This document shows positions 39,623 to 50,215 of a DNA stretch of 64,000 nucleotides, in pieces. The translations under genes were made by a program, and so were the position numbers. How positions within the stretch are numbered: the stretch's first letter is position 1; every line of letters starts with the position of its first letter. The stretch comes from Nitrosopumilus sp. (GTDB lineage Archaea; Thermoproteota; Nitrososphaeria; Nitrososphaerales; Nitrosopumilaceae). Below the pieces are notes generated by a model. It did no database searches. It had not been told where the DNA came from and worked only from the letters and a program-made list of their open reading frames with translations. The stretch spans positions 1,952,001 to 2,016,000 of the forward strand of contig OZ245040.1 in NCBI GenBank assembly GCA_965224195.1. Reading direction: 5' to 3'.

Positions 39623-40645
39623 ATGAGAAAGGGTTTCATTACAAATAGGCTACGTTCAAACAAAAAATTAGTAGACGTTCCTATTGAAAATAAGATTGAA
39701 ACCATTCAAGGTGAGAAATTTGTATGGATTGATTTGCAAAATCCAGATAGAAATGATGTTGAAAAATTAGCTGAAAAATACAATTTCAATGCATTAAACA
39801 TAGAAGATTGCATGACTAAATTTGAGCTTCCAAAATTAGATAGTTATGATGATCATTTCTTTGTAATTCTTCATTTTCCACCATTAGCACAAAAAATTGG
39901 AATATCAAAAAATAGTCAATTATCAATATTTATAGGAAAAGATTTCATGGTGACGGTTCATCAAGGAGATCTTAAACCACTTGTAGAATTAGTAGAAATT
40001 TGTAAAACAAATGTTGATCAACAAAGAAAAGATAGATTATTAGGAAAATCATCGGGATTACTACTCCACGAAATCTTGGATGTGTTAGTAGATGATCTTT
40101 TACACACATCAAGGAAAATTATTGCAAATCTAGATGAAATTGAAGATAGGGTTTTTGATGAAACAAAACCTGTAGCTAGAAGTATTGCATTACTTAGAAG
40201 AGAAATTAATAGATTAAGAAGAATAGTAAATCCGTTAAAGAAATTCGTATTAGAAATAACAAAGCATGTTAAACAATTTTCAGATAGTGAAGATGATGAA
40301 CTCACATTATTCTATGATGACGTAATAGATCACATTGACAAAGTAATTGAAACATTAGAAGAATCCAGAGAAACCATGGAAATTTACAAAGATACAGATT
40401 TTGTGTTAAGTACGGAAAAAACAAACAAAGTTCTTGCGGTATTAACAATAATTTTCACATTAGCAATTCCATCAACTGTAATTGGAACATTTTATGGAAT
40501 GAATGTTGATTTACCAGGAGGGATTGGAAATAATTCAATATTTTTAGGACCATTTACAACTTTTATCATAGTAATAATCGCATCAGCGATTCCTGCAATC
40601 ATGATGTTTACATATTTCAAGAAATTAGGCTGGATTAGCAGTTAA
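39623..40645 (+). CDS. corA: CorA Mg2+/Co2+ transporter
   Basis: WIDL, TNKVLAVLT, YGMN signature, two C-terminal TMs. Confidence 0.95.
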   Translation: MRKGFITNRLRSNKKLVDVPIENKIETIQGEKFVWIDLQNPDRNDVEKLAEKYNFNALNIEDCMTKFELPKLDSYDDHFFVILHFPPLAQKIGISKNSQLSIFIGKDFMVTVHQGDLKPLVELVEICKTNVDQQRKDRLLGKSSGLLLHEILDVLVDDLLHTSRKIIANLDEIEDRVFDETKPVARSIALLRREINRLRRIVNPLKKFVLEITKHVKQFSDSEDDELTLFYDDVIDHIDKVIETLEESRETMEIYKDTDFVLSTEKTNKVLAVLTIIFTLAIPSTVIGTFYGMNVDLPGGIGNNSIFLGPFTTFIIVIIASAIPAIMMFTYFKKLGWISS

Positions 40646-40713
40646 AACAAAAAATCTAGATCTACTCATGAAAAATGAGCTTAGATAAATACAAGATAAT
40701 TCAATCATAATTT

Positions 40714-40974
40714 ATGGGGAAAATTAGAATTAGAACAGGTAGAGGCACAGGAACTATAGAAGTTGATGATGATGCTTCAAAATGGTCTGGAGATGATTTC
40801 AAAAGGATCCAAGAAGCAAGAAAAAAAGCAGCAGCTAATAGAACAGTCTCATCAGGTAGAGGAACTGGTACAAGAAAACTAGGAGATACACCTGAGCCTA
40901 AAAAAGCAGCAGATACCAAAGGAATGACTAGAAGTACAGGTAGAGGAACTGGCTCTAGAAAAAGTAGAGGATAG
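40714..40974 (+). CDS. Small basic protein with three GRGTG repeats
   Basis: RTGRGTGT, SSGRGTGT, STGRGTGS; repeats vary at synonymous sites. Confidence 0.72.
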   Translation: MGKIRIRTGRGTGTIEVDDDASKWSGDDFKRIQEARKKAAANRTVSSGRGTGTRKLGDTPEPKKAADTKGMTRSTGRGTGSRKSRG

Positions 40975-41031
40975 AGAAATTAAAATAATTTTTCATTAAA
41001 AATTTTTCTTTAATCTTCTCAAAAAATTTTA

Positions 41032-41697
41032 TTATATTTTGATATCAGGATTTCCAGATTTTAGCTTGTCCCAATCAGCAAGAAAGTTATCCAAGCCAAT
41101 TTTTGTTAATGGATGTAACATCATTTTATCCAATACTGCAGGAGGTAATGTGACAACATCTGCACCAATTTTTGCCGCATCAACAACATGTACTGGATGA
41201 CGAACACTTGCAACAAGGATTTGAGTTCCAAAATTATAATTTGAAAAAATTTCTTTAATTTCTTGAATTAAGTTCATTCCATCTTGGCCAACGTCATCCA
41301 ATCTTCCAATAAATGGACTAACATATTTTGCGCCAGCTTTTGCAGCAAGCAAAGCTTGATTTGCAGAAAAGATCAAGGTTACGTTAACAGGAATTCCTTC
41401 AGATGAAAATGATTTACAAGCTCTAAGACCATCAGGAGTCATAGGGACTTTGACAACTACATTGTCACCATATTGACGAAGACGTTTACCTTCTTCCATC
41501 ATTCCAGAATATTCAGTACTAACAACTTCTAAACTAACATCACCTTTGATAATTTTTGTAATTTCTTTCATAGCATCTTTTGGATTACCACCTTCCTTGA
41601 ACATTAGTGAAGGATTAGTTGTTATTCCATCTAACAAACCCATGTCGTTGAATTTTCTTATGGATTCAAGATTAGCAGTATCAAGAAAAATTTTCAT
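41032..41697 (-). CDS. tal: Transaldolase (MipB/TalC type)
   Basis: FLDTAN, GITTNPSL, VVKVP, YVSPFIGRLDD. Confidence 0.95.
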   Translation of the reverse strand: MKIFLDTANLESIRKFNDMGLLDGITTNPSLMFKEGGNPKDAMKEITKIIKGDVSLEVVSTEYSGMMEEGKRLRQYGDNVVVKVPMTPDGLRACKSFSSEGIPVNVTLIFSANQALLAAKAGAKYVSPFIGRLDDVGQDGMNLIQEIKEIFSNYNFGTQILVASVRHPVHVVDAAKIGADVVTLPPAVLDKMMLHPLTKIGLDNFLADWDKLKSGNPDIKI

Positions 41698-42668
41698 AAT
41701 TTTTTACTCCTAATTTCTTTAACTTGTTTTGCCATATTAAAAGATGTTATTCCATGTTTCTCCAAGAGTAATGGAACTTCTTTATCACGTGCAGACTCGC
41801 CAAACATATCCTGGGCTCCAATTCTTTTGATAGGTACTGGATAAGATTCTGAAACAGATTCTGCTACTGCAGAACCCATTCCACCAATAATATTATGTTC
41901 TTCAGTAGTTACTATACAACCAGTTTCTCTAGCTGCTTTTTCTAAAATTTCATGGTCGATAGGTTTGATTGAAAACATATCTAAAACTCTACAAGAGATT
42001 CCCTCTTGTTGTAAATATTCAGCAGATTCTAAAGCCATTCTAACAGTAATGCCACACGCGGCAATTGTACAATCATTGCCATCCCTTAATGTAATTCCCT
42101 TTCCAATTTGAAATTCTTGAGATTCAGAATGAACAAGAGGCGTTTTTGATCTTACCATCCTCATGTAAAATGGACCATACTCTCTAGCCATTAATTGTGT
42201 CAACTTTGAAACGGCAACAGTATCAGCAGGAATAAAGACTCTGAAATTCGGAATGACTCTCATTATAGCAATATCTTCAATTGTTTGATGTGACCCTCCA
42301 TCAGGACCTACTGACAAACCACCATGTGATGTAACCAATTTTACATTAAGACCTTTTTTCCCAGAAGGTGACGGATATGCAATATTATTTCGGATTTGAT
42401 CAACTGCTCTACCAGGTAAAAATATTGCATAAGTACTAGCAAAAGATGTTTTTCCAGACACTGCCAATCCGGCAGACATTGTAACTAGATTAGCTTCAGC
42501 AATACCCACATTAAAAAATCGATTAGGGAATTCCTTTCCAAATCCTGAAGTTTTTAATGAATCAGTTGTATCTGCACCTAAAACAACAACATTTGGATTT
42601 TCTTTTCCTAATTGAATTAAAGATTTAGAATATTCTGAACGCATGTCGGACATTATTGGTTCATTCAA
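41694..42668 (-). CDS. Transketolase C-terminal subunit
   Basis: NVGIAEAN, GPDGGSHQ, EEHNIIGG. Confidence 0.95.
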   Translation of the reverse strand: MNEPIMSDMRSEYSKSLIQLGKENPNVVVLGADTTDSLKTSGFGKEFPNRFFNVGIAEANLVTMSAGLAVSGKTSFASTYAIFLPGRAVDQIRNNIAYPSPSGKKGLNVKLVTSHGGLSVGPDGGSHQTIEDIAIMRVIPNFRVFIPADTVAVSKLTQLMAREYGPFYMRMVRSKTPLVHSESQEFQIGKGITLRDGNDCTIAACGITVRMALESAEYLQQEGISCRVLDMFSIKPIDHEILEKAARETGCIVTTEEHNIIGGMGSAVAESVSESYPVPIKRIGAQDMFGESARDKEVPLLLEKHGITSFNMAKQVKEIRSKKL

Positions 42669-44341
42669 ATGTATCCTGCCTCCTGTGCTATTTTTTTAAT
42701 TTGTTCTTGTTTTTCACCAATTACATGTAATCCAATCCATTTGTTTACCAAGTCACTTCCACCAAGTTCATTTGCTTTTGCAAGTAATTCATGTCTTCTT
42801 GATTTCAAAACTTCATTTCTAAAATCTCTAATTGCTGCTCGAACATCTTGTTGACCAATTATTGCACCACCTCCAACAAAAACACGTGCACCATCAGCAA
42901 ATACAGAACCGATATTTTCTAGATTTACCCCTCCATCAGCCTCAATATAGCCCGAAAAATTATGCTGTTTCAAAACAGAATTCAATCTTGTCATTTTTCC
43001 ATGTGTTTCTTCAATGTATTTTTGACCAGATTTTCCAGGTACAACAGACATTACAATAAGTTGATCAAGTGATTTTAAGAATTTGTAAGACCATTCAGGT
43101 AATTCAGTGTCAGGATTTATTGAAAATCCCACACCTACCTGATTTTGTTTTAAGATATCATGTATTTCTCCAAAACTAGATTCATCAGTTACTTCAGCAT
43201 GAACAGTAACAATATCACTACCAGCATCAACATAGTCTTTCACATGTTTTACAGGTTCACTAATCATCAAATGAGTATCAAATGGAATCACTGTGAGTGG
43301 TCTTAGCTCTTTGATTTTATTGTGATCAAATGTTTTTGTTGGAACAAATTGGCCATCCATTACATCAAGATGAATGTAATCGGTTCTACCAGTTACACAT
43401 CGTTTAATTTCATTTTCTAAATTTGTCATATCTCCTGCAATAATAGAAGGTGCAATCATGAATTGTGAATCTAATTCAAGATTAATTATTGGAACAACAT
43501 CAGAATCTGGTGCTTTACCATGCCACTGGGGATTATCTTCCATATGTTCAACAGATTTTCCTTTAATTGTTCTTGAAATTATAATTGTTGGAACACATTT
43601 GGTAGAATTAGCTTTTGTAATAGCAGCATCAATTTGCTCAACTCTATGTCCATCAATTTCAATAACGTTCCAACCAAATGATCTCCACTTATCACCAGTT
43701 TTCCAACGTGATGCATCTTTCCACATTTCAGAAATTTCTAAACCTTCTAAATTTTCATCTAGTGGCATAATTTTTTCAGTGTACGAATCTTGTTGAATGA
43801 AATTTCTATCAAGAAATGCTGTAAGATTATCGACTTTGTATTTTGAAGCAGTCATTGCAGCCTCCCAGACTTGTCCTTCATCAGACTCGCCATCCCCAAT
43901 GATAGTGTAGACATGATGATCTTTAGAATCAATTTTTGCTGCAAGTGCAATTCCTATCGAATAGGATAATCCAGTACCTAACGAACCACCACAAAATTCT
44001 ACTCCAGGACATTTTAGATCTGGATGTCCTTGTAATTTACTGCCAAATTTTCTTAATGTTTCAATTTCAGACTCTGGAAAATATCCTGCAACGGCCATGT
44101 TTGAAAACAACCCAGGAGCTGCATGGCCTTTAGATAAAACTAATCTATCCCTATCTTCCCATTGAGGATTTTTAGGATCAAATTTTAGATATTTGTTAAA
44201 CAGACATCCTAAAATTTCGGCCATAGAAAATGAACCTCCAGGATGACCAGATCCTGCAGCATTAGTTCCCTTAATCACTAATTTACGAGCTCGAAGAATA
44301 TGTTTCTTAATTTGATAATAGTTAAGCCTCATCTGCAACAT
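42665..44341 (-). CDS. Transketolase N-terminal subunit fused to ribulose-phosphate 3-epimerase
   Basis: SGHPGGS, SKGH, GDGE (TK) then IAPSI, HLDVMDGQFVP, DTHLM, DGG (RPE). Confidence 0.93.
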   Translation of the reverse strand: MLQMRLNYYQIKKHILRARKLVIKGTNAAGSGHPGGSFSMAEILGCLFNKYLKFDPKNPQWEDRDRLVLSKGHAAPGLFSNMAVAGYFPESEIETLRKFGSKLQGHPDLKCPGVEFCGGSLGTGLSYSIGIALAAKIDSKDHHVYTIIGDGESDEGQVWEAAMTASKYKVDNLTAFLDRNFIQQDSYTEKIMPLDENLEGLEISEMWKDASRWKTGDKWRSFGWNVIEIDGHRVEQIDAAITKANSTKCVPTIIISRTIKGKSVEHMEDNPQWHGKAPDSDVVPIINLELDSQFMIAPSIIAGDMTNLENEIKRCVTGRTDYIHLDVMDGQFVPTKTFDHNKIKELRPLTVIPFDTHLMISEPVKHVKDYVDAGSDIVTVHAEVTDESSFGEIHDILKQNQVGVGFSINPDTELPEWSYKFLKSLDQLIVMSVVPGKSGQKYIEETHGKMTRLNSVLKQHNFSGYIEADGGVNLENIGSVFADGARVFVGGGAIIGQQDVRAAIRDFRNEVLKSRRHELLAKANELGGSDLVNKWIGLHVIGEKQEQIKKIAQEAGYI

Positions 44342-44434
44342 TATCCCTACAAATTGAATAAAAATCTACTTCTAAAGAAAACCACTTAATACGAAACTTC
44401 AAGAAAAGTAGGGATCTTAATACAAATCACACAA

Positions 44435-45001
44435 TCAAGATCTCAAAGAGAATTCTACTTTATCTAACATAAATTTTAAAAATACAGATAATGGTTTTTT
44501 TGTTACATGCTTTGCATTCCATTCCTTAACAAGATCATCATAGAACTTCCACTCAGATGCATCTTTTTTAAGATGACTTACCATCATTTTCTCAAATTCT
44601 GCAAGATCCCAATCTACTGGGCACATTATATTGTCCATCTGGATTAATTTTCCATTTTTCATTGAGAATGGATATGATTTGCACACTCCAGGCTTGAAAT
44701 CATTTACTGTGCATCTAAAGATGTCTTTAGTTTCTTCAAGGAATTCACATCCACCATTTTTTTGTTTCAAGGCAAGATCAACTAGACCTTCTTCCACCTG
44801 AATTCCAAGAGAATAATCTTTTGCACCATAAATTTCTAAGAATTTTTTAGGCGCCATCCCCAATCCTGTTGATAGTCTGTAAACATCATGGGCGTTTACA
44901 AATATCATATATTCTTTACAACAATCAGTATGACATGATACACAAGGGAATTCTCCAGTTTTAGTATGGCTAGAATCATGATTATCTACAATTAATGTCA
45001 T
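44435..45001 (-). CDS. YkgJ-family cysteine-cluster (CxxCxxCC) protein
   Basis: CVSCHTDCC, CEFL, CTV..KPGVCKSYPF. Confidence 0.88.
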   Translation of the reverse strand: MTLIVDNHDSSHTKTGEFPCVSCHTDCCKEYMIFVNAHDVYRLSTGLGMAPKKFLEIYGAKDYSLGIQVEEGLVDLALKQKNGGCEFLEETKDIFRCTVNDFKPGVCKSYPFSMKNGKLIQMDNIMCPVDWDLAEFEKMMVSHLKKDASEWKFYDDLVKEWNAKHVTKKPLSVFLKFMLDKVEFSLRS

Positions 45002-45069
45002 AAATAATTAAAATAAAATTCAAGTATTAAGTTTGTAAAATTTTAATTTGATCGTTATTCTATAATATT

Positions 45070-45447
45070 ATGGAAATTAAGGAAAATATTCCAATCGTAT
45101 TATTTGATAATCAGTGTTATTTGTGTATGAGATTTGCAAATACAGTTAATTTTTTTGCCAGAGGTAAAATAACAATGGTAGGGCATTATTCAGAATTTGG
45201 GGAAAAAATTAGAAAGAATATTTTGGATGAATCAGCATTGGAAATGTTTTGGTTTATTAATCAAAAACGAGCATATGGAGGAAGAGCAGCTTTACTTCCT
45301 TTGATAAAATCAATTTTATCTAAAAAAACAAGAAAATCACCAATGTCTAAAATTAATGATGAATGTCAAAAAAATTGTAAAACAGTCAAAGCCGTATTTG
45401 TAAGATCAGCAAGTCTGATAACCAGCAGCAAGATAATAGATCTATAG
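45070..45447 (+). CDS. DCC1-like (DUF393) thiol-disulfide oxidoreductase
   Basis: VLFDNQCYLC DxxCxxC motif. Confidence 0.78.
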   Translation: MEIKENIPIVLFDNQCYLCMRFANTVNFFARGKITMVGHYSEFGEKIRKNILDESALEMFWFINQKRAYGGRAALLPLIKSILSKKTRKSPMSKINDECQKNCKTVKAVFVRSASLITSSKIIDL

Positions 45448-45484
45448 TAAATCTAAATAATACTTTAAAAAAGAGAATTTCAAC

Positions 45485-46954
45485 ATGAAGATAAAAACTG
45501 AAAGTTCTGCAAAAAAGAAAACGAGTCTTCTATGTGGATTTGTACTAGAAAGTTCTAACAAAGTTCTAGGATTACCAAAATTTGACACTAAAACTGCATC
45601 GGCAATTAATCAATCTCTAAAAGATATGGAAGGAAAATTAGGTAAACTTAGCATTATTCCAATACCTGGAAAACCTATACAAAGAATCCTGCTTGCAGGT
45701 ATAGGGAAAAAAGAGAATCTAACAAAAGATACTATTAGATTTACATCAGGAAAAATTGCTCAAAAAGCAAGAGAGTTAAAATTATCTGAATTTTCAATTA
45801 TATCACCACCAAGTTTTGTAACAGACCCAATTTCTGCAGTGTCTCAGATCATCGAAGGAACAAAAATGGCTCTTTACAAATTTGAAAAATTCAAGACTGA
45901 AAAAATTGAAACTTCACCAAATCTCACCATCATTGTTTCAAAATCAAACAAAATTTCAAAAGCTGTCAAAATAGCTGAGATTGTTGCAGATGGTGCGATA
46001 TTTACTAAAAGCATTGCCAATTTACCTCCAAACGAATGTACTCCTACAACATTAGCAAATTTTGCAAAAAGTATGTCAAAGAAAAATAAAATGAAATGTA
46101 ATATCATTTCAGAACCTGAACTAAAGAAAAAAGGCTTTGGTGGAATTTCAGCAGTAGGTAAAGGAAGTACCAATCAACCAAAATTAATTATTCTAGAACA
46201 TAGTCGCGGTAGAAAAAATGACAAACCGATTGTCCTTGTAGGAAAAGCAGTGACATTTGATACAGGCGGCATTTCATTAAAACCAGGGGCAGCAATGGAT
46301 GAGATGAAATTTGACAAATGTGGCGGATGTACAGTTTTAGGGATAATGAAATCTATTTCAGAGTTAAAACTACCAATCAATGTTGTAGGTATTGTTCCTT
46401 CAGTTGAAAATATGCCAAGTGGAGAAGCATACAGACCAGGAGATATTTTAAAATTGTACAGTGGAAAAACAGCTGAAATTCTAAATACAGATGCTGAGGG
46501 AAGATTGATTTTAGCTGATGCATTATCGTATGGAGAAAAACATTATTCTCCAAAAGCAATCATTGATTTTGCTACTCTTACAGGTGCATGTATTGTAGCA
46601 CTTGGAACTAATGTAGCAGCAATTGTATCAAATGATGAAAAACTAACAAAGAAAATCAATGATTCTTCCAAAAGAACAACTGAAGAAGTTTGGGAATTAC
46701 CATTGAATCAAGACTATATGGATATGATAAAATCAGATGTTGCAGATATGAAAAATGTTGGAATTGGAAGAGCAGCTGGAACAATCACCGCAGCCGCATT
46801 TTTGAAAAATGCAATTGAAAAAACACCATGGACACATATTGATATTGCAGGAGTTGCATGGACACAAGGAGCTACAAAAGAAAAATCATACAATCCAAAA
46901 GGCGCTACAGGTTTTGGTGTAAGATTAATTTTAGATTATTTACAAAATTTGTAA
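45485..46954 (+). CDS. pepA: Leucyl aminopeptidase (M17)
   Basis: GKAVTFDTGG, MKFDK, NTDAEGRL, ATLTGA. Confidence 0.95.
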   Translation: MKIKTESSAKKKTSLLCGFVLESSNKVLGLPKFDTKTASAINQSLKDMEGKLGKLSIIPIPGKPIQRILLAGIGKKENLTKDTIRFTSGKIAQKARELKLSEFSIISPPSFVTDPISAVSQIIEGTKMALYKFEKFKTEKIETSPNLTIIVSKSNKISKAVKIAEIVADGAIFTKSIANLPPNECTPTTLANFAKSMSKKNKMKCNIISEPELKKKGFGGISAVGKGSTNQPKLIILEHSRGRKNDKPIVLVGKAVTFDTGGISLKPGAAMDEMKFDKCGGCTVLGIMKSISELKLPINVVGIVPSVENMPSGEAYRPGDILKLYSGKTAEILNTDAEGRLILADALSYGEKHYSPKAIIDFATLTGACIVALGTNVAAIVSNDEKLTKKINDSSKRTTEEVWELPLNQDYMDMIKSDVADMKNVGIGRAAGTITAAAFLKNAIEKTPWTHIDIAGVAWTQGATKEKSYNPKGATGFGVRLILDYLQNL

Positions 46955-46956
46955 AA

Positions 46957-47085
46957 TTAGTATCCTCTACTATTTCTATCAGGTGCACTAACATTTGGAT
47001 TTCTCCAACCATGTTTTTCCATCATATGATTTAGCAGTCGTATATCATTGTCACATACTTCTCCACAAACACTACAATTTGGCAT
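46957..47085 (-). CDS. 42-aa C2H2 zinc-finger microprotein
   Basis: MPNCSVCGEVCDNDIRLLNHMMEKHGWRNPNVSAPDRNSRGY: C-x2-C-x12-H-x4-H. Confidence 0.72.
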   Translation of the reverse strand: MPNCSVCGEVCDNDIRLLNHMMEKHGWRNPNVSAPDRNSRGY

Positions 47086-47142
47086 ATCGAATTCACATCA
47101 ATCCAATTAATTCAATATTAAAAGATTGATTGAAAAGTAGAA

Positions 47143-47260
47143 AATGCCAGCACTGTTGCTTCCCAAGAGCTCTCGCATCTTAGTAGCACAACAGCGACAT
47201 TAGGTTTGACTTCCAAGTTCGGAACGGGATTGGGTCGCACCCTAACGCTATGGCCGGCTT
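47143..47260 (-). rRNA. rrf: 5S rRNA (stand-alone)
   Basis: GCCGGCCATAGCG..ACCCAATCCCGTTCCGAAC..GAAGTCAAACC..GTGCTGGC. Confidence 0.95.
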
Positions 47261-47354
47261 GAAAATTGATGTCAAATTCTCATCTATTAACGTAACGCCA
47301 GATTTGAGTAATGCTCAAAATAGGTATAAAGCAAAGAAAATATCGAATTACAAC

Positions 47355-49142
47355 ATGACTCATAGAGTAGCGGTTTTAGATCAGGATCTTTGTCAGCCAC
47401 AAAAATGTGGTTTAGAATGTATAAAATATTGTCCAGTCAACAAATCAGGCGCAGAATGTGTTACTATAAACGAAGAATCAAAAAAGGCTCAAATTGATGA
47501 GGACATTTGTAATGGATGTGGAATCTGTGTCAAAGTGTGCCCTTTTGATGCAATAACAATTGTCAATTTAGCAAGTGAACTAGCTACAGATAAAATTCAT
47601 CAATATGGAATGAATTCATTTCGACTTTACAAATTACCTACTCCAAAGAAAGGTGAAGTTGTAGGACTTTTGGGAAGAAACGGAATGGGGAAAAGTACAG
47701 TAGTTAACATCCTATCAGGGAATCTTAAACCAAATTTAGGTAGATATGAAAATCCACCTGAATGGGATGAAGTTTTAAAACATTACAGTGGAACAGAGCT
47801 TAAGCAACATTTTGAAAAGATTGAACAAAAACAAATTCGAGCTTCAATAAAACCCCAACAAGTACATCATATTGCTCAAGCGTTTGATGGGACAGGAAAA
47901 GAATTACTTGACAAATATGATGAACGAGGAGTATCAAGGGAATTAATCAAAACATTAGGATTAGAAAACTCAATGGAGCAAAATTTGAAAGAACTAAGTG
48001 GTGGTGAATTACAAAGAATTGCAGTTGCAGCAGCAGCATCTAAAGATACAGAATTTTACTTTTTTGATGAACCATCTTCATACAACGACGTTTTCCAAAG
48101 AACAGGTGTAGCAAGAGTAATACAAAATTTAGCTAAAATTGGAAAAAGTGTAATGGTAGTAGAACACGATTTAACATTATTAGATTTTCTAAGTGATTAT
48201 ATCGAAGTATTATATGGAGAACCTACAGCATATGGAATCGTTTCAGGTATTTTATCTACCAAAGTTGGAATCAATGTTTTTCTTGATGGATATTTACCAA
48301 ATGAAAATGTAAGATTTAGAGATAAGAAATTTTCTTTTGATGTATCATCTTCATCAACTGATATTTTTCAAGAAGGAAGTGATATTCTCACATATCCAAA
48401 ACTAGAGAAAAGATATCCATCATTTTCAGTAGCAGTTGAGCCTGGAAGAGTCAGAAAAGGAGAGGTTTTAGGAATAATGGGAGCTAATGCACTGGGTAAA
48501 ACAACTCTAATGAAAATGATTGCAGGAGTTGAAAAGTCAGATTCTGGCAGTATTAGTAAAAAAATCAAGATAGCATACAAGCCACAGTATCTCCAAAATG
48601 ATCTTGATGTAGAAGTTCTTTCCGTATTAGAACAAGCAAATGGAGGTCAAGTTGAAGAAAGTATGGAAGAAGAACAAATTCTCGACCCATTAAAAATTAA
48701 AAAACTATACAATAAATCTATCAAAAAACTTTCTGGAGGAGAATTACAAAAAGTAGCTGTTGCATCATGTCTATTACAAAAAGTTGATTTGTATGCATTA
48801 GATGAACCTTCAGCATTTTTAGATGTAGAAGATAGAATCGCAGTAGCAAAATTTTTACAAAAGTTTGTACGCTCGTTTGGAAAGTCTGCAATTATTATTG
48901 ATCACGATTTACAATTAATGGACTTGGTTTCAGATTCAATGATAATATTTGAAGGAGAATCAGGTTCTGTAGGAATTGCTACATCGCCAATGCCAAAACC
49001 TGATGCAATGAATAGATTTCTCAAATCATTAGACATGTCATTTAGAAGAGACGAGAAAAGTCTAAGACCACGGGTAAATAAACTAGAAAGCAGATTAGAT
49101 AAAGATCAAAAAACAAGTGGAAATTTCTACTACAAACATTGA
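47355..49142 (+). CDS. ABCE1/Rli1 ribosome-recycling ATPase
   Basis: N-terminal Fe-S Cys motifs, two ABC domains, RPRVNK; true start MTHRVAV at 47355. Confidence 0.96.
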   Translation: MTHRVAVLDQDLCQPQKCGLECIKYCPVNKSGAECVTINEESKKAQIDEDICNGCGICVKVCPFDAITIVNLASELATDKIHQYGMNSFRLYKLPTPKKGEVVGLLGRNGMGKSTVVNILSGNLKPNLGRYENPPEWDEVLKHYSGTELKQHFEKIEQKQIRASIKPQQVHHIAQAFDGTGKELLDKYDERGVSRELIKTLGLENSMEQNLKELSGGELQRIAVAAAASKDTEFYFFDEPSSYNDVFQRTGVARVIQNLAKIGKSVMVVEHDLTLLDFLSDYIEVLYGEPTAYGIVSGILSTKVGINVFLDGYLPNENVRFRDKKFSFDVSSSSTDIFQEGSDILTYPKLEKRYPSFSVAVEPGRVRKGEVLGIMGANALGKTTLMKMIAGVEKSDSGSISKKIKIAYKPQYLQNDLDVEVLSVLEQANGGQVEESMEEEQILDPLKIKKLYNKSIKKLSGGELQKVAVASCLLQKVDLYALDEPSAFLDVEDRIAVAKFLQKFVRSFGKSAIIIDHDLQLMDLVSDSMIIFEGESGSVGIATSPMPKPDAMNRFLKSLDMSFRRDEKSLRPRVNKLESRLDKDQKTSGNFYYKH

Positions 49143-49975
49143 CTCGAATGTTGAAAAAAGCACTGGAAAATGTGCTTTCAGAGAAAGAAAGTAATGAATT
49201 AATTTCTGCTTTTGATCAGATAGGTGAAATAATTATTGTGAGGATTCCAGATTCACTTCTCTCAAAAAAGAAAATCATTGGAAAAGCATTGTTAGATGAT
49301 GTAAAAATTGTAAGAAGTGTATTCTATCAAGCCTCTGCTGTAAGTGGGGATTTTCGAACAAGGGACTTAGAAATACTTGCAGGAGAAGACAATACAGGAA
49401 CAGAATACAAGGAATTTGGATGTAGATTTACAGTAGATGTTGAAAATGCATTTTTTTCCCCTAGACTGTCTACTGAAAGAGAGAGAATTGCTAATTTGGT
49501 TCAAAATGGTGAGATAATGACTAACATGTTTGCAGGCATTGGAATGTTTTCAATAATGGCTGCAAAGAAGAAAAAGTGTACGGTATATAGTCTTGATATC
49601 AATCCGATTGCTTCAAAATTATGTGAAACAAATATTGGATTAAACAAACTTGTTGGAAATATAATTTCAATTAATGGCGATGCGTCAAAAATTATCAAAG
49701 AGCAATTGATCAATAAATCCGATAGAACATTGATGTTATTACCTGAAAGATCAGATGAGTTTTTAGAATCAGCAATAGACACAACCAAAGATGGAGGCAT
49801 CATTCATTATTATTCACATATTCATGCAGATAAAAAAACAGAAGCAGGGAAACTTTCAGAAGAACATTATCTTAAAGTCACTCCAGTAAAATCAGAAATA
49901 TTACATTCAAAAATTGTCAGACCTGTAGGTCCAAGATATTATCAAACAGTTGTAGATGTTAAAATTTCTAAATAA
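49139..49975 (+). CDS. Trm5/Taw2 (Met-10+) family SAM-dependent tRNA-modifying enzyme
   Basis: FDQIGEI, FFSPRLSTER, MFAGIGMF, DINP. Confidence 0.88.
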   Translation: MTRMLKKALENVLSEKESNELISAFDQIGEIIIVRIPDSLLSKKKIIGKALLDDVKIVRSVFYQASAVSGDFRTRDLEILAGEDNTGTEYKEFGCRFTVDVENAFFSPRLSTERERIANLVQNGEIMTNMFAGIGMFSIMAAKKKKCTVYSLDINPIASKLCETNIGLNKLVGNIISINGDASKIIKEQLINKSDRTLMLLPERSDEFLESAIDTTKDGGIIHYYSHIHADKKTEAGKLSEEHYLKVTPVKSEILHSKIVRPVGPRYYQTVVDVKISK

Positions 49976-49976
49976 C

Positions 49977-50195
49977 CTAATCTTCAGAAGTAATAGAAGC
50001 TGATGAAGGTTTTGTTGTGGCCATTACATACCCAATCCAAGTAATTACTCCTAAAATTCCTCCTGCAATCATTAGAACAGATAGTTGTAGTACAATAGGG
50101 CTCCATTCAGAAAGCATTAACAAATATGCATAAAGGAAAAAACCACCAATACATAAAACAAAAATGGTAATACCCATTACTTTTCGTTTATCCAT
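49977..50195 (-). CDS. Small two-TM membrane protein
   Basis: Two hydrophobic helices, WIGYVMATT. Confidence 0.75.
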   Translation of the reverse strand: MDKRKVMGITIFVLCIGGFFLYAYLLMLSEWSPIVLQLSVLMIAGGILGVITWIGYVMATTKPSSASITSED

Positions 50196-50215
50196 GGCGA
50201 AGAATTTTTTGTGAG

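Noticed and set aside
42665-44341. Transketolase-RPE fusion as a novelty
   Set aside because: Real, but as far as I recall a regular feature of this archaeal group
47250-47354. N-terminal extension of ABCE1 in the ORF track
   Set aside because: Overlaps the 5S rRNA gene and its promoter; the conserved start is at 47355
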